Source of the DNA: a virus
Taxonomy: Duplodnaviria > Caudoviricetes
Direction: 5' to 3' (one strand)
Virus record (IMG/VR): IMGVR_UViG_2879998633_000003
Coordinates: 50,741-114,740 of that record
DNA: 64,000 nt
In this document: positions 17,558-28,259 of the stretch, one piece after another
How positions within the stretch are numbered: position 1 is the first letter of the stretch
Layout of the letters: each line of letters begins with the position of its first letter
Notes under the pieces: generated by a model
Databases searched by the model: none
What the model was told of the DNA's origin: nothing
The model's input: the letters and a program-made list of their open reading frames with translations, nothing else
Position numbers and translations under genes: made by a program

Positions 17558-20500
17558 CTAAGCTACGTCGCCAGGGTATGTAGCGTCGTCGTATGCGTAA
17601 AAGATTTCTTTATATTCCGGGGCTGTGACCTGGCAAGTACAGTCATCAGACGGGACAATTTCCTGAACGATACCGTGCCGCGCCCCCTTCTCACTGTCAC
17701 AAAACAACAGGCGAGGTAATTCAACATCCGGATCATCCATTATCCAGTCTTCCGGGTGTAGGTCGTCGTTGAACGGTATAGTAAGGGTGAAGTCATCGAC
17801 ACGTGTCGGCGTTAGCAAACGAGTCGACGGCCGTCCCCCCTGAAACTGAATCCAGCAGCGCGGATTAGCATAGCTCCAGTCAAGAAGCTCAGTGACTGTT
17901 AACGTGATAACTTCATCATCGAATGTCACGCCTTCTATCAGACAGCTGATTGTTTTACCCGTCGGAATATCATCAGAAAGAATGATGTGATCGCCAAACT
18001 GATAGCACCAGCCAAGAAGCTCAGTTGTGCATTCATAGGTCCTGCGCTGGTGCAGATATTTCATGAGCCTGCGCATACCTATCCGGTAAGCACGATCTGC
18101 AGTCATTACAATGCCCAGAGAGTACGACTCCACTTTGCGTGGCACAGGATTATCAGCAGTCCGACACTGAACGATTTCTTCTGCCCAGGTAACCGGATTG
18201 ATATATGTGACGTCAACACCGTCATAGTCATCATCGGAAGGGGCCCTGAATGAGGTCTGCATTTCTTCAACCGTATCCTGAGGGGTAATGATCCCGGTCC
18301 AGTTTTTGACGCCTTCACGCCCGGCAGACAAGAGCCCGTCTGACAACAAAAAATAACTCATGCCTGCTTCAGTGATTTTGTCGAAAATATCTTTTGCTGA
18401 AGCACTGTCGCTGCTTGCCTCATAATCAAAATACTCTCCCCTTGACGTCCACCAGGCAGTTTCAAGAGCATTTATTGCAGAGGTGTCGAGCTGATTAGCA
18501 TTAAATCCAAGACTATTTGCCACATGACGGAATGCGCCGCTTATAGTTCTGTTACCTCCACTGTCATATTCACGGGTAGCGATCACGCTGACGCGCCTGT
18601 CAGACTGTGCCGCCAGCTTCCCCCCGGTTTCAACGGTAATTGCCCAGGTTGTTACACCTGAGTAGGATACCGGTCTTGCCAGAAGCCTCCCTCTCAAAGC
18701 CTGCCAGTACATATTGTCGCGCGCGTTATTACTGCCCTGCTCATTGCGTCGACGACAGCGAACCTCTACCAGCCCCGGAGAACTGAGGGTGATCCGCTCA
18801 GTGAAACCTAACCCGTTGATGTTTTTAAGCGCGTACTCTCCCTGGTGACTCACCCACCCCGATCCGGAACCGTAGACGCGATACTGAATCTCCCACTCAA
18901 CATGCCGGAGCCGCTTTTTCCCCTTACTGTCGAAGCCACAGATGCCGTTCGGGAAGGAGAAATTCACCTCGAATGCATCCACCACTTCATTCTCAGGGCA
19001 TACGAGGAAAGGCCCCAGCCAGCTCAGCGTGTCATTGAGTCCGGTGGCCTCATAGTCGATCATCGTCCTGGCGATGAATCCCGGCCATGACTCATCAACG
19101 GCACCGGAAACCAGGCGCTCCACTGTCACCGTTGTGCCGTCTGACGAGACGATCTGGTATTCGTTGCCACGGTGAGCAAGTGAAAGCCGTTGCACCCCCT
19201 CCGGCATGCCGGAGAAAGCCGTTCCCGTAGTGCTGTTATACGCAAGCGTCACGTTTGCCGTTACCGCCGGGCTGCCGCCGGTTGATGCCGTACCGGAGGT
19301 GTAAACCGGGGCATCACCGAAAACGGCTGCAGGCAGCGAGGAGGATGTGATTGCCCCACCAACGAACGGACTGGCCGCCTCGGCTATCAGTACGGTACCG
19401 CCGTTGTCCCGCGCGACCAGACCGGAGCCAGTGAGCCCCTCGGTGATGGCTGCCAGCAGTCCAGACATCGAGATGTAGTTCGCTACCAGCGATACCGTAT
19501 AGGTAGTGCCCTGCCATGTGATCATGAAAGTGCTAGAGCTGGTTGAAAAGTCGTAGGTAACAGGAGCGGCACTGGCCTGAATTTTTGCCGCGCTACCACC
19601 CTCGCCAGGCACCGCCTCCTGACCCGGGGTATAGGACGCAATGACGAGGTCATAATCGACACTGTTGAAACTCAGCGTCACCGGCATACCCGCTACAGGA
19701 GCAAGTTCGGTAAGCAACGAGCTGGCAAAGACACTGTAACCAGAAGAAGCGGAGATCAGATAATTCGTCGGCGCCTTAATTTCAACTATGGCCCTCGTTA
19801 CCCAGCTGTCCGGGAGAGAATTATCATCCTCGTCGTCATCGTCGCCATCATCCGTATCAAGACCTGTAAATGTTACGGATGCACCAGAAACCGTCATGCT
19901 GTCAGCGATAATATCATCGGAATCAGGCGAGGTCTGGGCCATATCCAGCCCTGTTCCGCTTGATGTTCCGCCGACTTCTGTCGAGTTGAACCAGTTTTCA
20001 CTTCGGGGATCAGAAGATACGTCCTCTCCTGGCTGGTACACCTTATCGCTGAAACCATCACCCAGCGAGGCTGCCGGGGTTTCTCCAATCCGTTTATCTC
20101 CTCCCGTAAACGAAAATCTCCCCTGCCCGACGCAAAGAAACATTTCGACCGTCATTCGCGTTGGATCATCGGGGTCAAAACGGGTAACCGGCTGCACCAG
20201 ATAATCAGGATAGATGCGGCATCGACCAAACACCTCACGTATCGGGTCTCCAAGTTTCGCTGTGTTAGCTTTTGCAGGGTTTAGCTCCAGCGAACGACCA
20301 CTACCCGATGAATAACCACCGAGATCGACTTTCGGCCCGAAGAACAACGAGTAGGCTGCGCTGGCAGCTGAAATCGCAACAGATACCCAGACGGCAATTT
20401 CCAGCCCCGTTCCATAAGGAACAGGGTAAATTCTGATATCACTGTCTGGGCTCAACTGGCAAAGCGGCCACTCATCGGGAGAAAGTTGGCGACCATTTAA

Positions 20501-20641
20501 TTCAACGGCAATTGGGTGAGATCTTTCCAGGCTATATCCAGGAACATTTCTGACCATCCATTGGTGCAGCGTAATATTGCCATGTTCATGAGTTTCAAGC
20601 GGTGCTCCGGGTATCCGGGAAGGGTAAATTCTTATCGTCAT
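17558..20641 (-). CDS. Central tail tip/host-specificity protein (J-like)
   Basis: 1027 aa; LGDPIREVFG...YPDY motif; position after NlpC/P60. Confidence 0.85.
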   Translation of the reverse strand: MTIRIYPSRIPGAPLETHEHGNITLHQWMVRNVPGYSLERSHPIAVELNGRQLSPDEWPLCQLSPDSDIRIYPVPYGTGLEIAVWVSVAISAASAAYSLFFGPKVDLGGYSSGSGRSLELNPAKANTAKLGDPIREVFGRCRIYPDYLVQPVTRFDPDDPTRMTVEMFLCVGQGRFSFTGGDKRIGETPAASLGDGFSDKVYQPGEDVSSDPRSENWFNSTEVGGTSSGTGLDMAQTSPDSDDIIADSMTVSGASVTFTGLDTDDGDDDDEDDNSLPDSWVTRAIVEIKAPTNYLISASSGYSVFASSLLTELAPVAGMPVTLSFNSVDYDLVIASYTPGQEAVPGEGGSAAKIQASAAPVTYDFSTSSSTFMITWQGTTYTVSLVANYISMSGLLAAITEGLTGSGLVARDNGGTVLIAEAASPFVGGAITSSSLPAAVFGDAPVYTSGTASTGGSPAVTANVTLAYNSTTGTAFSGMPEGVQRLSLAHRGNEYQIVSSDGTTVTVERLVSGAVDESWPGFIARTMIDYEATGLNDTLSWLGPFLVCPENEVVDAFEVNFSFPNGICGFDSKGKKRLRHVEWEIQYRVYGSGSGWVSHQGEYALKNINGLGFTERITLSSPGLVEVRCRRRNEQGSNNARDNMYWQALRGRLLARPVSYSGVTTWAITVETGGKLAAQSDRRVSVIATREYDSGGNRTISGAFRHVANSLGFNANQLDTSAINALETAWWTSRGEYFDYEASSDSASAKDIFDKITEAGMSYFLLSDGLLSAGREGVKNWTGIITPQDTVEEMQTSFRAPSDDDYDGVDVTYINPVTWAEEIVQCRTADNPVPRKVESYSLGIVMTADRAYRIGMRRLMKYLHQRRTYECTTELLGWCYQFGDHIILSDDIPTGKTISCLIEGVTFDDEVITLTVTELLDWSYANPRCWIQFQGGRPSTRLLTPTRVDDFTLTIPFNDDLHPEDWIMDDPDVELPRLLFCDSEKGARHGIVQEIVPSDDCTCQVTAPEYKEIFYAYDDATYPGDVA

Positions 20642-21018
20642 TGCCAGAACTCCACACGGTTAAACCGACGGACAAATCGCGGAAGAGGTAGAAAGGTGAC
20701 ATTGGTTCCCGGATTACATTCGGCAACCTGCAACTGGCCATCCAGCAAAACTACGATACCAACATGCGTCACGGTTGATCCTGAATAACAAGCTACCCCG
20801 GCCCCGACACAAGGCTCGCAGCGTGTGAGGGATTTCATAAACTTCCTGGCCTCACGATCGAGCCCTCCCTCATCTTTCGTCACGCCGGAAAAATCCGGCC
20901 ATAGCGGGAGAAGGAGATCGCCGCGGATTTCATTGATAATGCCGAAACAGTCGAGCTCAGGATAAACGCGCCCGCCCTTCAGCCATTTGACCGAAAGGTA
21001 TTTATCAGAATGGAACAT
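20638..21018 (-). CDS. NlpC/P60-like tail assembly protein
   Basis: GGR...LDCFG...HVGIV. Confidence 0.85.
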   Translation of the reverse strand: MFHSDKYLSVKWLKGGRVYPELDCFGIINEIRGDLLLPLWPDFSGVTKDEGGLDREARKFMKSLTRCEPCVGAGVACYSGSTVTHVGIVVLLDGQLQVAECNPGTNVTFLPLPRFVRRFNRVEFWQ

Positions 21019-21027
21019 GTGAATACC

Positions 21028-21513
21028 TCAGGAAGACATGTAACGAAGACCGGGATGTTCAGCCAGGTTATAACGGTTACGCGGCCAGGCCGTTTTAAGG
21101 ATGTTCATATATCCGGCAGTTACCTGCACCGCAGTTGCCGTCCACGATCCGGATTTCACATCAAGGGTGTAAGGCGATGCCGCCGGCGCAGATAAATCAG
21201 AGGAGATGTACCGCCGAAAAGTCAGTGTTGCCGATTTCATTTCGTCCAGAATTCTGTCAATCGCATCGGATACGACACCATCGATGTTACTGATGGAAAA
21301 TTTCAGATCTTGCGTTCCGTCGGCATTCCTGGCAGGCAATGCTATATCGATAGCACACCCTTCAAACGTTACCTGCTGTCCGTCTTCTAACGAGACAGTA
21401 ATATTGTCCCACCCGCGGGTAAGCCAGTAGTTCTGATCACCTGCCGTGATCTGCAGCGTGTCGTGAATGACTTCAGAGCCGCTGCTTGCATAAAGTTGCT
21501 CAAGAATTGTCAT
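21028..21513 (-). CDS. Minor tail protein (DUF1833-like)
   Basis: Sequence and position in the tail tip module. Confidence 0.75.
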   Translation of the reverse strand: MTILEQLYASSGSEVIHDTLQITAGDQNYWLTRGWDNITVSLEDGQQVTFEGCAIDIALPARNADGTQDLKFSISNIDGVVSDAIDRILDEMKSATLTFRRYISSDLSAPAASPYTLDVKSGSWTATAVQVTAGYMNILKTAWPRNRYNLAEHPGLRYMSS

Positions 21514-21973
21514 GCTCAGGCCACTCTCTGTTTAGCGCAATATCCAGTAACGACTGACCAGCCAGCCATTCCGGGAAATTCCCCCATCCTGCAGGCGGTA
21601 ACGGACGCTCCCATAACTCCAGCGTTGCGCTGTACTGCCAGTATTTTGGCGCTACCAGAGTCGGTCCTTCGTATATATCAACGAAACGGGCTTTATAGGG
21701 CTTTACACCGATGGGGGTCTGTAATCTCAAATAAAACCAGGACTGTCCATCTTTCAGCACGTCCCGGAAAAAAGCCTCAAATACCTGCGCCAACCCATCA
21801 GTTTTAAAAATCCATTTAACCGAGGCCTGGGTGGGTGTTGAGGTGTATCGCCGCCTTTGCCTTGCTCGACCGGACGTCATTTCCGTTCGCAGTAACGGTG
21901 AGATGGGCTTAAAACCGTACCCGTCCATAAGAGGCATGGGCAGGTACTCATCCGGATAGATAATATCCGCCAT
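21500..21973 (-). CDS. Distal/minor tail protein
   Basis: LRTEMTSGRARQRRRY; follows the tape measure gene. Confidence 0.75.
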   Translation of the reverse strand: MADIIYPDEYLPMPLMDGYGFKPISPLLRTEMTSGRARQRRRYTSTPTQASVKWIFKTDGLAQVFEAFFRDVLKDGQSWFYLRLQTPIGVKPYKARFVDIYEGPTLVAPKYWQYSATLELWERPLPPAGWGNFPEWLAGQSLLDIALNREWPEHDNS

Positions 21974-21993
21974 TAACTTTCCCTCCGGGCAGT

Positions 21994-24900
21994 CTAGCGT
22001 GGTTTTTTGGGCTGTAGATTGGAGTAGATGGCACGACCGAATTTCTTTTGAGGATTATTTACTTCAGCAGTGAGCGTGTTAATTATGCGTCGTTCCAGCG
22101 CAGCATTCCTGCGATCTACTGCCAGCATTGTTGCGTCGTCAGGTTGCCCGCTAAACGTGCTACGGGCATCAACACTGACCGCGATTCGTGGTTGCGCCTC
22201 AATCTGCCTTGCAGCATCCTGGACTGCCGGTGACTCACGTCCAACCGCACGAACCCCCAGCGAACCATCAGCGCCACGGGTCAGGGGCATAATCGCTTCC
22301 GGGCCAGCTTCACCGAACACGCCCGCGCCTTTCGCAAAGGCAAAATATTGGGGAGTGCTGTATACCCCGCCGCTGTATGCGGAAAGTGAAGGCGAATCGT
22401 AGACACCACCGAGGGCATTAAAGGCAAAAGACGATCCGAAGCTTTGCAGCGCAGTTCCACTACTTGCTGCTCCACTTGCTCCACCAAAAAGACTACCGAA
22501 CATCCCACCAGCACCACCGCCGAACGACGCCATAATCGCTTTGGTGATTAACGCCTGTGTTGCCATCTGGATCAGCGTCTTAATCACTGTTTCTCCAAGA
22601 GACATAAAAATGTTCGACATACCGTCTTTAAAGCTGGTTGCCCCGGTAAGAAGGTCTGTCATATTGGTGGAGATCGAGTTTGTGACATTATTCAGAATCT
22701 CGCTGGTCGCCGTCGCTGACATTGAACTCAGGTCAGCAGCCTGATCGGCGTAGTTCATCAGTGAATCGCTGATCCCCGCCCGCCAGTCTGACTGCTGTTC
22801 ATCAGTTTTCTTGTAGTAGTCTTCCTGAATCTGGAGCCGTTCAGCAAGCGTCGCCTGCAGCGCTTCCGTTTGCTGTTTGTACAGGTCCTCAGAAATCTGA
22901 CCTTTGCTGAAATCCCGCTGCAGGTCCCGCTGCTGTTCGAGAAAATCAGTACGAATATCTGCCATTTCCTTCATGCGGTCGCGGGCCTTATCCCCCATCC
23001 CGGCCCCAAGAAAATCAATACTCCCACGGTCACGCGCAGCAGCATTACTATCAGCCAGCCCCTCACGGAACGTTTTTAACTGTTCAGCAATTTTTTTCTG
23101 ATCGATAAGTGCTGCATTGTGCAGAAGCGTTTCTTTTTTATATTGTTCAAGGGTGTGCAGCTCCCCCTGTGTAACCTGATATTTAATTTTTGCCAGCTCA
23201 GTATTCTGGCTTTCCAGGGCTATTTGTTCACGCTGCTGTTTTAGCAAGCGCTTATAAACATCCTCTGCTTTTTCTTCATCAGTCTTGGGCCCCTTCCTTT
23301 TTGGCTTATTGGCTTCGTTATTTCTCCACTCAGCAATTCCATTATTAATTAATTCTTGCCTGGCCTTATAGAACTGCGGTTCATTCGTTAACCCTAAATC
23401 ATCTGCAGCATAGCCAAGCCTGGTGCGCTCTTTGTCTTCACCTTTGCGTTTGGAAAGATCCAAATCTCGGCGACTTTTCTCAAGGGCATTTGTTTGCTGT
23501 GATGTTAAATCAGCCTGAGGCATTCGCATTGGCGCGTTAACCAATCCCTGCCGGGCCATCAGTAAATTATTTCCTAGCCCAAGGAGACGGTTAAATTCTG
23601 TATGCTGACCATTCATCATTATCAAAGATTGATAGGCAGCATTCTGTTCAGCGGCTTGCTGGCGAATAAGAACGACTCGACGATGCTCAATACCCTCAAG
23701 CACCCGTTGAATTTCCTGTGCTTTATCCTGCAGTTGCGTTAAACGCTCCTGCTCTACAGCCAATGATTCAGTTGCAGAGGCCAATCCTTTCGTTGCCGCC
23801 TCTACGCTCGTGAGGTGGTTTATCATAAAACCACCACTCGTAGTTGGCCCCCTGTTGGCGAGCATATATTGATACCCGGCGATATCTTCTTTTAACGCTT
23901 TAACCTTGCTAGATTGTTCCGATATAAGTCGATTTTGCTCTTTTAGTGATTTGCGCGCCTTATCTTCGTTGTCAGAGGCCTCAGTTAGCGTCATCGTTTT
24001 AGATCTGTCGCTAACCTCCTGAATAGTGCTAGCGTACTCCTGAGCTGATTTACGGGCCTGTTCCTGATTCTGATAAACAGCGTACCATGCACCAGCCCCC
24101 AGCATAACTAACCCTGGTATACCACCGATCAGGCCAAGGGCGCCGCTCATCAACCGGGTGCCGACAGAGGTAACGCTGTTAAGGTTATTTTGGGCAGAGA
24201 CCCGACCTGCAATATTACGACCAAGAGCGGACTGAGCCGCAGCCAATTTTCTTTCTGCAATAGCCTGTGCGTCGGCATTTTTTGCAGCCACAAGCCCAGC
24301 CTGAGCCCGCTCCAGAGCTGTTCGTGCTCGTACTTTTTCTGCAGCTGTCCCGGTGGCGAGGGCTGTAGTCAATCGACTCTGTGCCGCGGTAACCCTTGCT
24401 TCTGCGGCCGCGACCCTCTCCTGTTGAGCAGCCTGAACATCTGCACTTTTAGCACTCTGAAGGGCTTGCTGGGCGCGATAAACGGCGGCGCGGGAAGCGG
24501 CAACAGAAGATTGTGCCGCTTTTTCCTGAGCGACTGCAAGAGCCACCTCGGATTTTGCCGCTGAGATAAGTGCGCCAGTAGCACTGCTTGCGCTGGTAAC
24601 AATCCCGCCAAGATACCGTGCTAATCCAATCCCAACCAGACCACCTGCAGCGGTGGTAACCAGTGACATATTATCTGCTACGTCACTGAGGGCCCCGCTG
24701 ACAGCGGAAGATGTAAGAGAATCCAGGGTCTTTGCCAACCCATCAAGGCCACCAGAAAGTGCATCTGTCGCGCCAGTCGCCTGGTTCACCCCACCAATCC
24801 AGGCCATAAAGGAGTTAGTGACTTTTTGCATTGAACCGGAAACTGTCGGAGGTAACGCGGAAAATTCGCCTTGTAACACGCCTAACTGACTGATTAAAGC

Positions 24901-25587
24901 TGGTACGACTTTATCTATCGTGAGTTTCCCCTGATCAGCCATTGCTTTAAGGTCTTTTCGGGCAACCCCCATACCAGCAGCCAGGGCACGGATAACACGA
25001 TCCCCAGATTCGTTAACTGCATTAAACTCCTCACCACGCAAAACCCCCTGTGCAAGCGCCTGGCTAAACTGGGTAATAACAGAACTGGATTCTTCTGTGC
25101 TTGCACCAGAGAGCTTGAGCCCCGTGGATACAGCCTCAGTTATTTTAAGCACTTCATCAGAGCTATATCCAAATTCACGCATAGATGCTGCAGCGCGTGA
25201 AAATAAATTGGCGTTATCAGTAAAAGCAGTACCCGTACTCTGGCTAATCGCCATTAAACGAGTCTGAGATAAAGTGAAATCGTTTGAGGAAACCGAAGCC
25301 TGTTTAAGTCTTGCGTTTACGGAGTTCCACTGGTCAGCAATTTGAGCTAATTTACCAGTGGCAAATGCAGCTGCTGCTGCCGTAGCGGCCCGACCAGCAG
25401 AAGCAAATCCATCCGTTAACTCGGAAAGAGCCTTTTGGCTTTCCTTTGCTGCGATTGCGGCCTGACGACCACCATTCTGCATGGTTTTATAATAATCCTG
25501 CCCCATGCGTGACGCGCGGGCTATCTCAGTCTGGAATGACTGAGAGTTAGCAGAAACTTTAATGATAAGTTCACGCAGGGTTGCCAT
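21994..25587 (-). CDS. Tail tape measure protein
   Basis: 1197 aa, Ala-rich; QALAQGVLRGEEFN; GEAGPEAIMPL. Confidence 0.95.
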   Translation of the reverse strand: MATLRELIIKVSANSQSFQTEIARASRMGQDYYKTMQNGGRQAAIAAKESQKALSELTDGFASAGRAATAAAAAFATGKLAQIADQWNSVNARLKQASVSSNDFTLSQTRLMAISQSTGTAFTDNANLFSRAAASMREFGYSSDEVLKITEAVSTGLKLSGASTEESSSVITQFSQALAQGVLRGEEFNAVNESGDRVIRALAAGMGVARKDLKAMADQGKLTIDKVVPALISQLGVLQGEFSALPPTVSGSMQKVTNSFMAWIGGVNQATGATDALSGGLDGLAKTLDSLTSSAVSGALSDVADNMSLVTTAAGGLVGIGLARYLGGIVTSASSATGALISAAKSEVALAVAQEKAAQSSVAASRAAVYRAQQALQSAKSADVQAAQQERVAAAEARVTAAQSRLTTALATGTAAEKVRARTALERAQAGLVAAKNADAQAIAERKLAAAQSALGRNIAGRVSAQNNLNSVTSVGTRLMSGALGLIGGIPGLVMLGAGAWYAVYQNQEQARKSAQEYASTIQEVSDRSKTMTLTEASDNEDKARKSLKEQNRLISEQSSKVKALKEDIAGYQYMLANRGPTTSGGFMINHLTSVEAATKGLASATESLAVEQERLTQLQDKAQEIQRVLEGIEHRRVVLIRQQAAEQNAAYQSLIMMNGQHTEFNRLLGLGNNLLMARQGLVNAPMRMPQADLTSQQTNALEKSRRDLDLSKRKGEDKERTRLGYAADDLGLTNEPQFYKARQELINNGIAEWRNNEANKPKRKGPKTDEEKAEDVYKRLLKQQREQIALESQNTELAKIKYQVTQGELHTLEQYKKETLLHNAALIDQKKIAEQLKTFREGLADSNAAARDRGSIDFLGAGMGDKARDRMKEMADIRTDFLEQQRDLQRDFSKGQISEDLYKQQTEALQATLAERLQIQEDYYKKTDEQQSDWRAGISDSLMNYADQAADLSSMSATATSEILNNVTNSISTNMTDLLTGATSFKDGMSNIFMSLGETVIKTLIQMATQALITKAIMASFGGGAGGMFGSLFGGASGAASSGTALQSFGSSFAFNALGGVYDSPSLSAYSGGVYSTPQYFAFAKGAGVFGEAGPEAIMPLTRGADGSLGVRAVGRESPAVQDAARQIEAQPRIAVSVDARSTFSGQPDDATMLAVDRRNAALERRIINTLTAEVNNPQKKFGRAIYSNLQPKKPR

Positions 25588-25603
25588 TTTATTTCCTCAG
25601 AAA

Positions 25604-25630
25604 CAAAAAACCCCACATTGTGGGGCTTTT
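25604..25630 (-). terminator. Terminator of the YebO-like moron
   Basis: AAAAAACCCCAC-att-GTGGGGCTTTT. Confidence 0.7.
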
Positions 25631-25647
25631 ATATGATTTCAATATTA

Positions 25648-25889
25648 TTAAATTAAACCAGCTTTTTTCCTTGCTTCTTCCAGATAATCTTTTTCTGGTT
25701 CCTCTTTTTTATGAGCAAGTGCAATCAGAAGATCAATTTGAGCACTTTGCTTTTCAGATATTTCTTTAAGCATAGCGATCTGATCATTAGCTCTTACGCT
25801 TCCTCTGTTCAGGAAATACCAGATAACAAGATCAATAAGGCGAGCAAAAAAAAAAAAAAAAATAATAATATCCAGCCAGTAATAGTCAT
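25648..25889 (-). pseudogene. YebO-like membrane moron, out of frame at a T17 tract (25846-25862)
   Basis: GGAG RBS + ATG 25889 (MTITGWILL); downstream frame IWYFLNRGSVRANDQIAML is YebO-like. Confidence 0.7.
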
Positions 25890-25961
25890 TTAATGCACTC
25901 CGTGTGTCAAAAAAACAACATAACACCTGTAATGAGTGGCATCCACACGAATTATTACTGG

Positions 25962-26267
25962 CTATGCTGACGCAGTCAGCAGCGCCGCTTCCAGCCCTGC
26001 AAATGGATCGCCGCCGTCGTTTACCTCATCCTCTTCTGTGCTCCACTGAAGCTGAGCATCTTCAATGGTGACTTTACTGCCCTGCGCTCCGTAAACCGCA
26101 GATACCAGCTGAGCATTGAGAATATCGCCGCGAATATCGCCGATTGGGCTGATACGGTCGTATTCAGCCCACATCCTGAATTCGCCGACCGTCATGGTTT
26201 GTCGCAGTTCGCCCAGCGTGCGGCCCATCCGGAGCGCCAGCGCCATCAGGAACTGCATGCCAGGCAT
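25962..26267 (-). CDS. Tail assembly chaperone, T portion
   Basis: In the -1 frame relative to the upstream G gene; precedes tape measure. Confidence 0.8.
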   Translation of the reverse strand: MPGMQFLMALALRMGRTLGELRQTMTVGEFRMWAEYDRISPIGDIRGDILNAQLVSAVYGAQGSKVTIEDAQLQWSTEEDEVNDGGDPFAGLEAALLTASA

Positions 26268-26269
26268 TT

Positions 26270-26674
26270 TTACTTTGCTTTAGCATCATCCGCGTCACGA
26301 ATGAGATCAAGTGCCTGCTTCAACAGCCGGGAATGCACAGGGCCATAGATCGCTTCAACCTGTTCGGTGTCATCGACAGTAAAGACGGGCTGCAGGTCGG
26401 TATCCAGCAAAATATCGATGAAAAGCGTGACATCAGCCCGCATCGTGCGGAACGCTCGTTCTGCAGGGGTGAGTTCAGGTACCTCTGGTGCTTCCTGCCC
26501 TTCCGGTGATTTGGGTAGTTCCGGGCTGGCAATGCCCTGCCAACGAATCCAGGCTTCTGCCGATGGCTCACGAATGATGACTTTGGCGTTATCCCACTCC
26601 GGAACGGTGACTTCTTTTTTACGAAAGCCCGCCATCGGGGCCAGTGCCAGTGCTTTAAGACTCAGTTTTGACAT
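26270..26674 (-). CDS. Tail assembly chaperone G
   Basis: Position after the major tail gene; ends GCA AAG TAA. Confidence 0.85.
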   Translation of the reverse strand: MSKLSLKALALAPMAGFRKKEVTVPEWDNAKVIIREPSAEAWIRWQGIASPELPKSPEGQEAPEVPELTPAERAFRTMRADVTLFIDILLDTDLQPVFTVDDTEQVEAIYGPVHSRLLKQALDLIRDADDAKAK

Positions 26675-26704
26675 TAAGTTTATCGCCGGTTTCCCGGCGC
26701 TCCA

Positions 26705-27409
26705 TTAACTGATGGTGACGGTGTGATCAGCAGAGGTGATAACGGTGCCATCGGCATCGGTAACCACGCAGGAATAAACCCCGGCATCACCGGATACAGC
26801 GCTGGCTTTCGTAAACGTTGCGCTGGTCTGGCCGCTGACCGTCGAGGTACCCTTTTTCCAGACGTAGGTATAAGGTGCCGTACCGCCCTGGACGACCACG
26901 CCCATAGTCAGGGCGCTTCCTGCCGCGACCGTTTGGGACGCCGGAAGGTCAGTAGCAAAAGACAGGACTCCTGGGGCATTAATATTGGTGGGTTTGCCTT
27001 TCAGACGTAGCGAGAACGTTGCAGCAACAACACCGTTGGTTTGAGAATCCCAGGTGTGCTGACGTACCTCAGAGCGCATCAGGAATCCATTACCAGACGG
27101 GAAAATAACCTTAAATCCATAAACCCCGTCGTTATCATATGCTGCACGAAGTGCATCCTGCGCCGGGTTGCGGTAGAAGTTACCGGAAAGTGACATTTCA
27201 GACGGAGCAGGAAGGCCGTTGATATTTTCCGTTTCATCCGAACACAGCACTGTTACGTCAATATCGTTTTTCTGACCAGCGGTAAAGCTGGCCTGTTTGA
27301 TAGTGCAACTCAGGTTTAACCAGGTTGCGGTATCCAGCTCTGCCGCGGTGACCGGCACAGAGGTAATCATTACTACCGTTTTTTGGGCACGTTCAAATAG
27401 TGCTGACAT
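26705..27409 (-). CDS. Major tail tube protein with C-terminal Ig-like domain
   Basis: IDVTVLCS; YVWKK...GDAGVYSCVVTD. Confidence 0.9.
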   Translation of the reverse strand: MSALFERAQKTVVMITSVPVTAAELDTATWLNLSCTIKQASFTAGQKNDIDVTVLCSDETENINGLPAPSEMSLSGNFYRNPAQDALRAAYDNDGVYGFKVIFPSGNGFLMRSEVRQHTWDSQTNGVVAATFSLRLKGKPTNINAPGVLSFATDLPASQTVAAGSALTMGVVVQGGTAPYTYVWKKGTSTVSGQTSATFTKASAVSGDAGVYSCVVTDADGTVITSADHTVTIS

Positions 27410-27465
27410 CGCAGCCTCCATAAATGAAAAAACCGCCAGCGGCGGTCGGATTGGATTGGTTTTTG

Positions 27466-27813
27466 TCAGGCAATAACCGTTATTTCGAGGGTTGCCCGAT
27501 GAAGATGGGTTGTCGTGTCGTAGCCAGGAATTTTTGTCACCTCGACAGGTGAAAGCACCTGCAGGCGAGCCAGCGCATCCAGGCGTAACGCCCGGGCTTC
27601 GTCATTCGTTTCAGCCCATACATCAACCTGAATACGCAGTGTCGACTCTGCCTGGCCGCAGAAAACATCCCCGGCAACATCAGTCGGTATCGAGAAAATG
27701 ATGTAAGGCGCGGGAACATCGGGAAGGCCGTCGCTGCCCAGCGATACTACATACGGATAAACCCGCCCGTCTGCCAGCGGCGACAGCAGGTCATAGAGAT
27801 CATCTTCTGTCAT
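27466..27813 (-). CDS. Tail terminator (DUF3168-like)
   Basis: RVYP...PYI...QVDVWA. Confidence 0.8.
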   Translation of the reverse strand: MTEDDLYDLLSPLADGRVYPYVVSLGSDGLPDVPAPYIIFSIPTDVAGDVFCGQAESTLRIQVDVWAETNDEARALRLDALARLQVLSPVEVTKIPGYDTTTHLHRATLEITVIA

Positions 27814-28259
27814 TTAGCCAGCACCTCATCAATAGCCTGATTCATCCGCTGCATCGCCACCTGCGCAGCCTCTTCCATGCGGGTATCAAAGGCAGGACGA
27901 ACAAACGGATGTGCTGGCGCCGTAGATGTTCCCAGCTCCACAAAGCGCCAGTAAAACGCATTCCGCTTGTTGCTGGCCTTCATGGTGTTGTCGCTGTTCC
28001 CCGTTCGGGGGTTAACGCCACGAATATGCACCCCCGATGAAATTTCACCGCGACGGTGGCTTTTCTGGGTGACAACAACAACGTTTTTCTTCAGTTTGCC
28101 GGTTTTCTCCGGAGCGCGATCAATAACCTCCTGGCGGAGCAATTCGGCGCCAGCACGGGTCGACTCCCGGAGCACTTTATTATTTTCGGCCTTGCTGAGC
28201 GTTTGCAGATCGCGGGCGATATCCTGCAGCCCGGAAAAATCCAGATTCACATCAATCAT
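27810..28259 (-). CDS. HK97 gp10-family tail completion protein
   Basis: AFYWRFVELGT...AHPFVRPAF. Confidence 0.88.
   Translation of the reverse strand: MIDVNLDFSGLQDIARDLQTLSKAENNKVLRESTRAGAELLRQEVIDRAPEKTGKLKKNVVVVTQKSHRRGEISSGVHIRGVNPRTGNSDNTMKASNKRNAFYWRFVELGTSTAPAHPFVRPAFDTRMEEAAQVAMQRMNQAIDEVLAK

Noticed and set aside
25648-25926. 92-aa ORF as given in the track
   Set aside because: Its N-terminus arises from the T17 frameshift; the RBS-supported start is 25889
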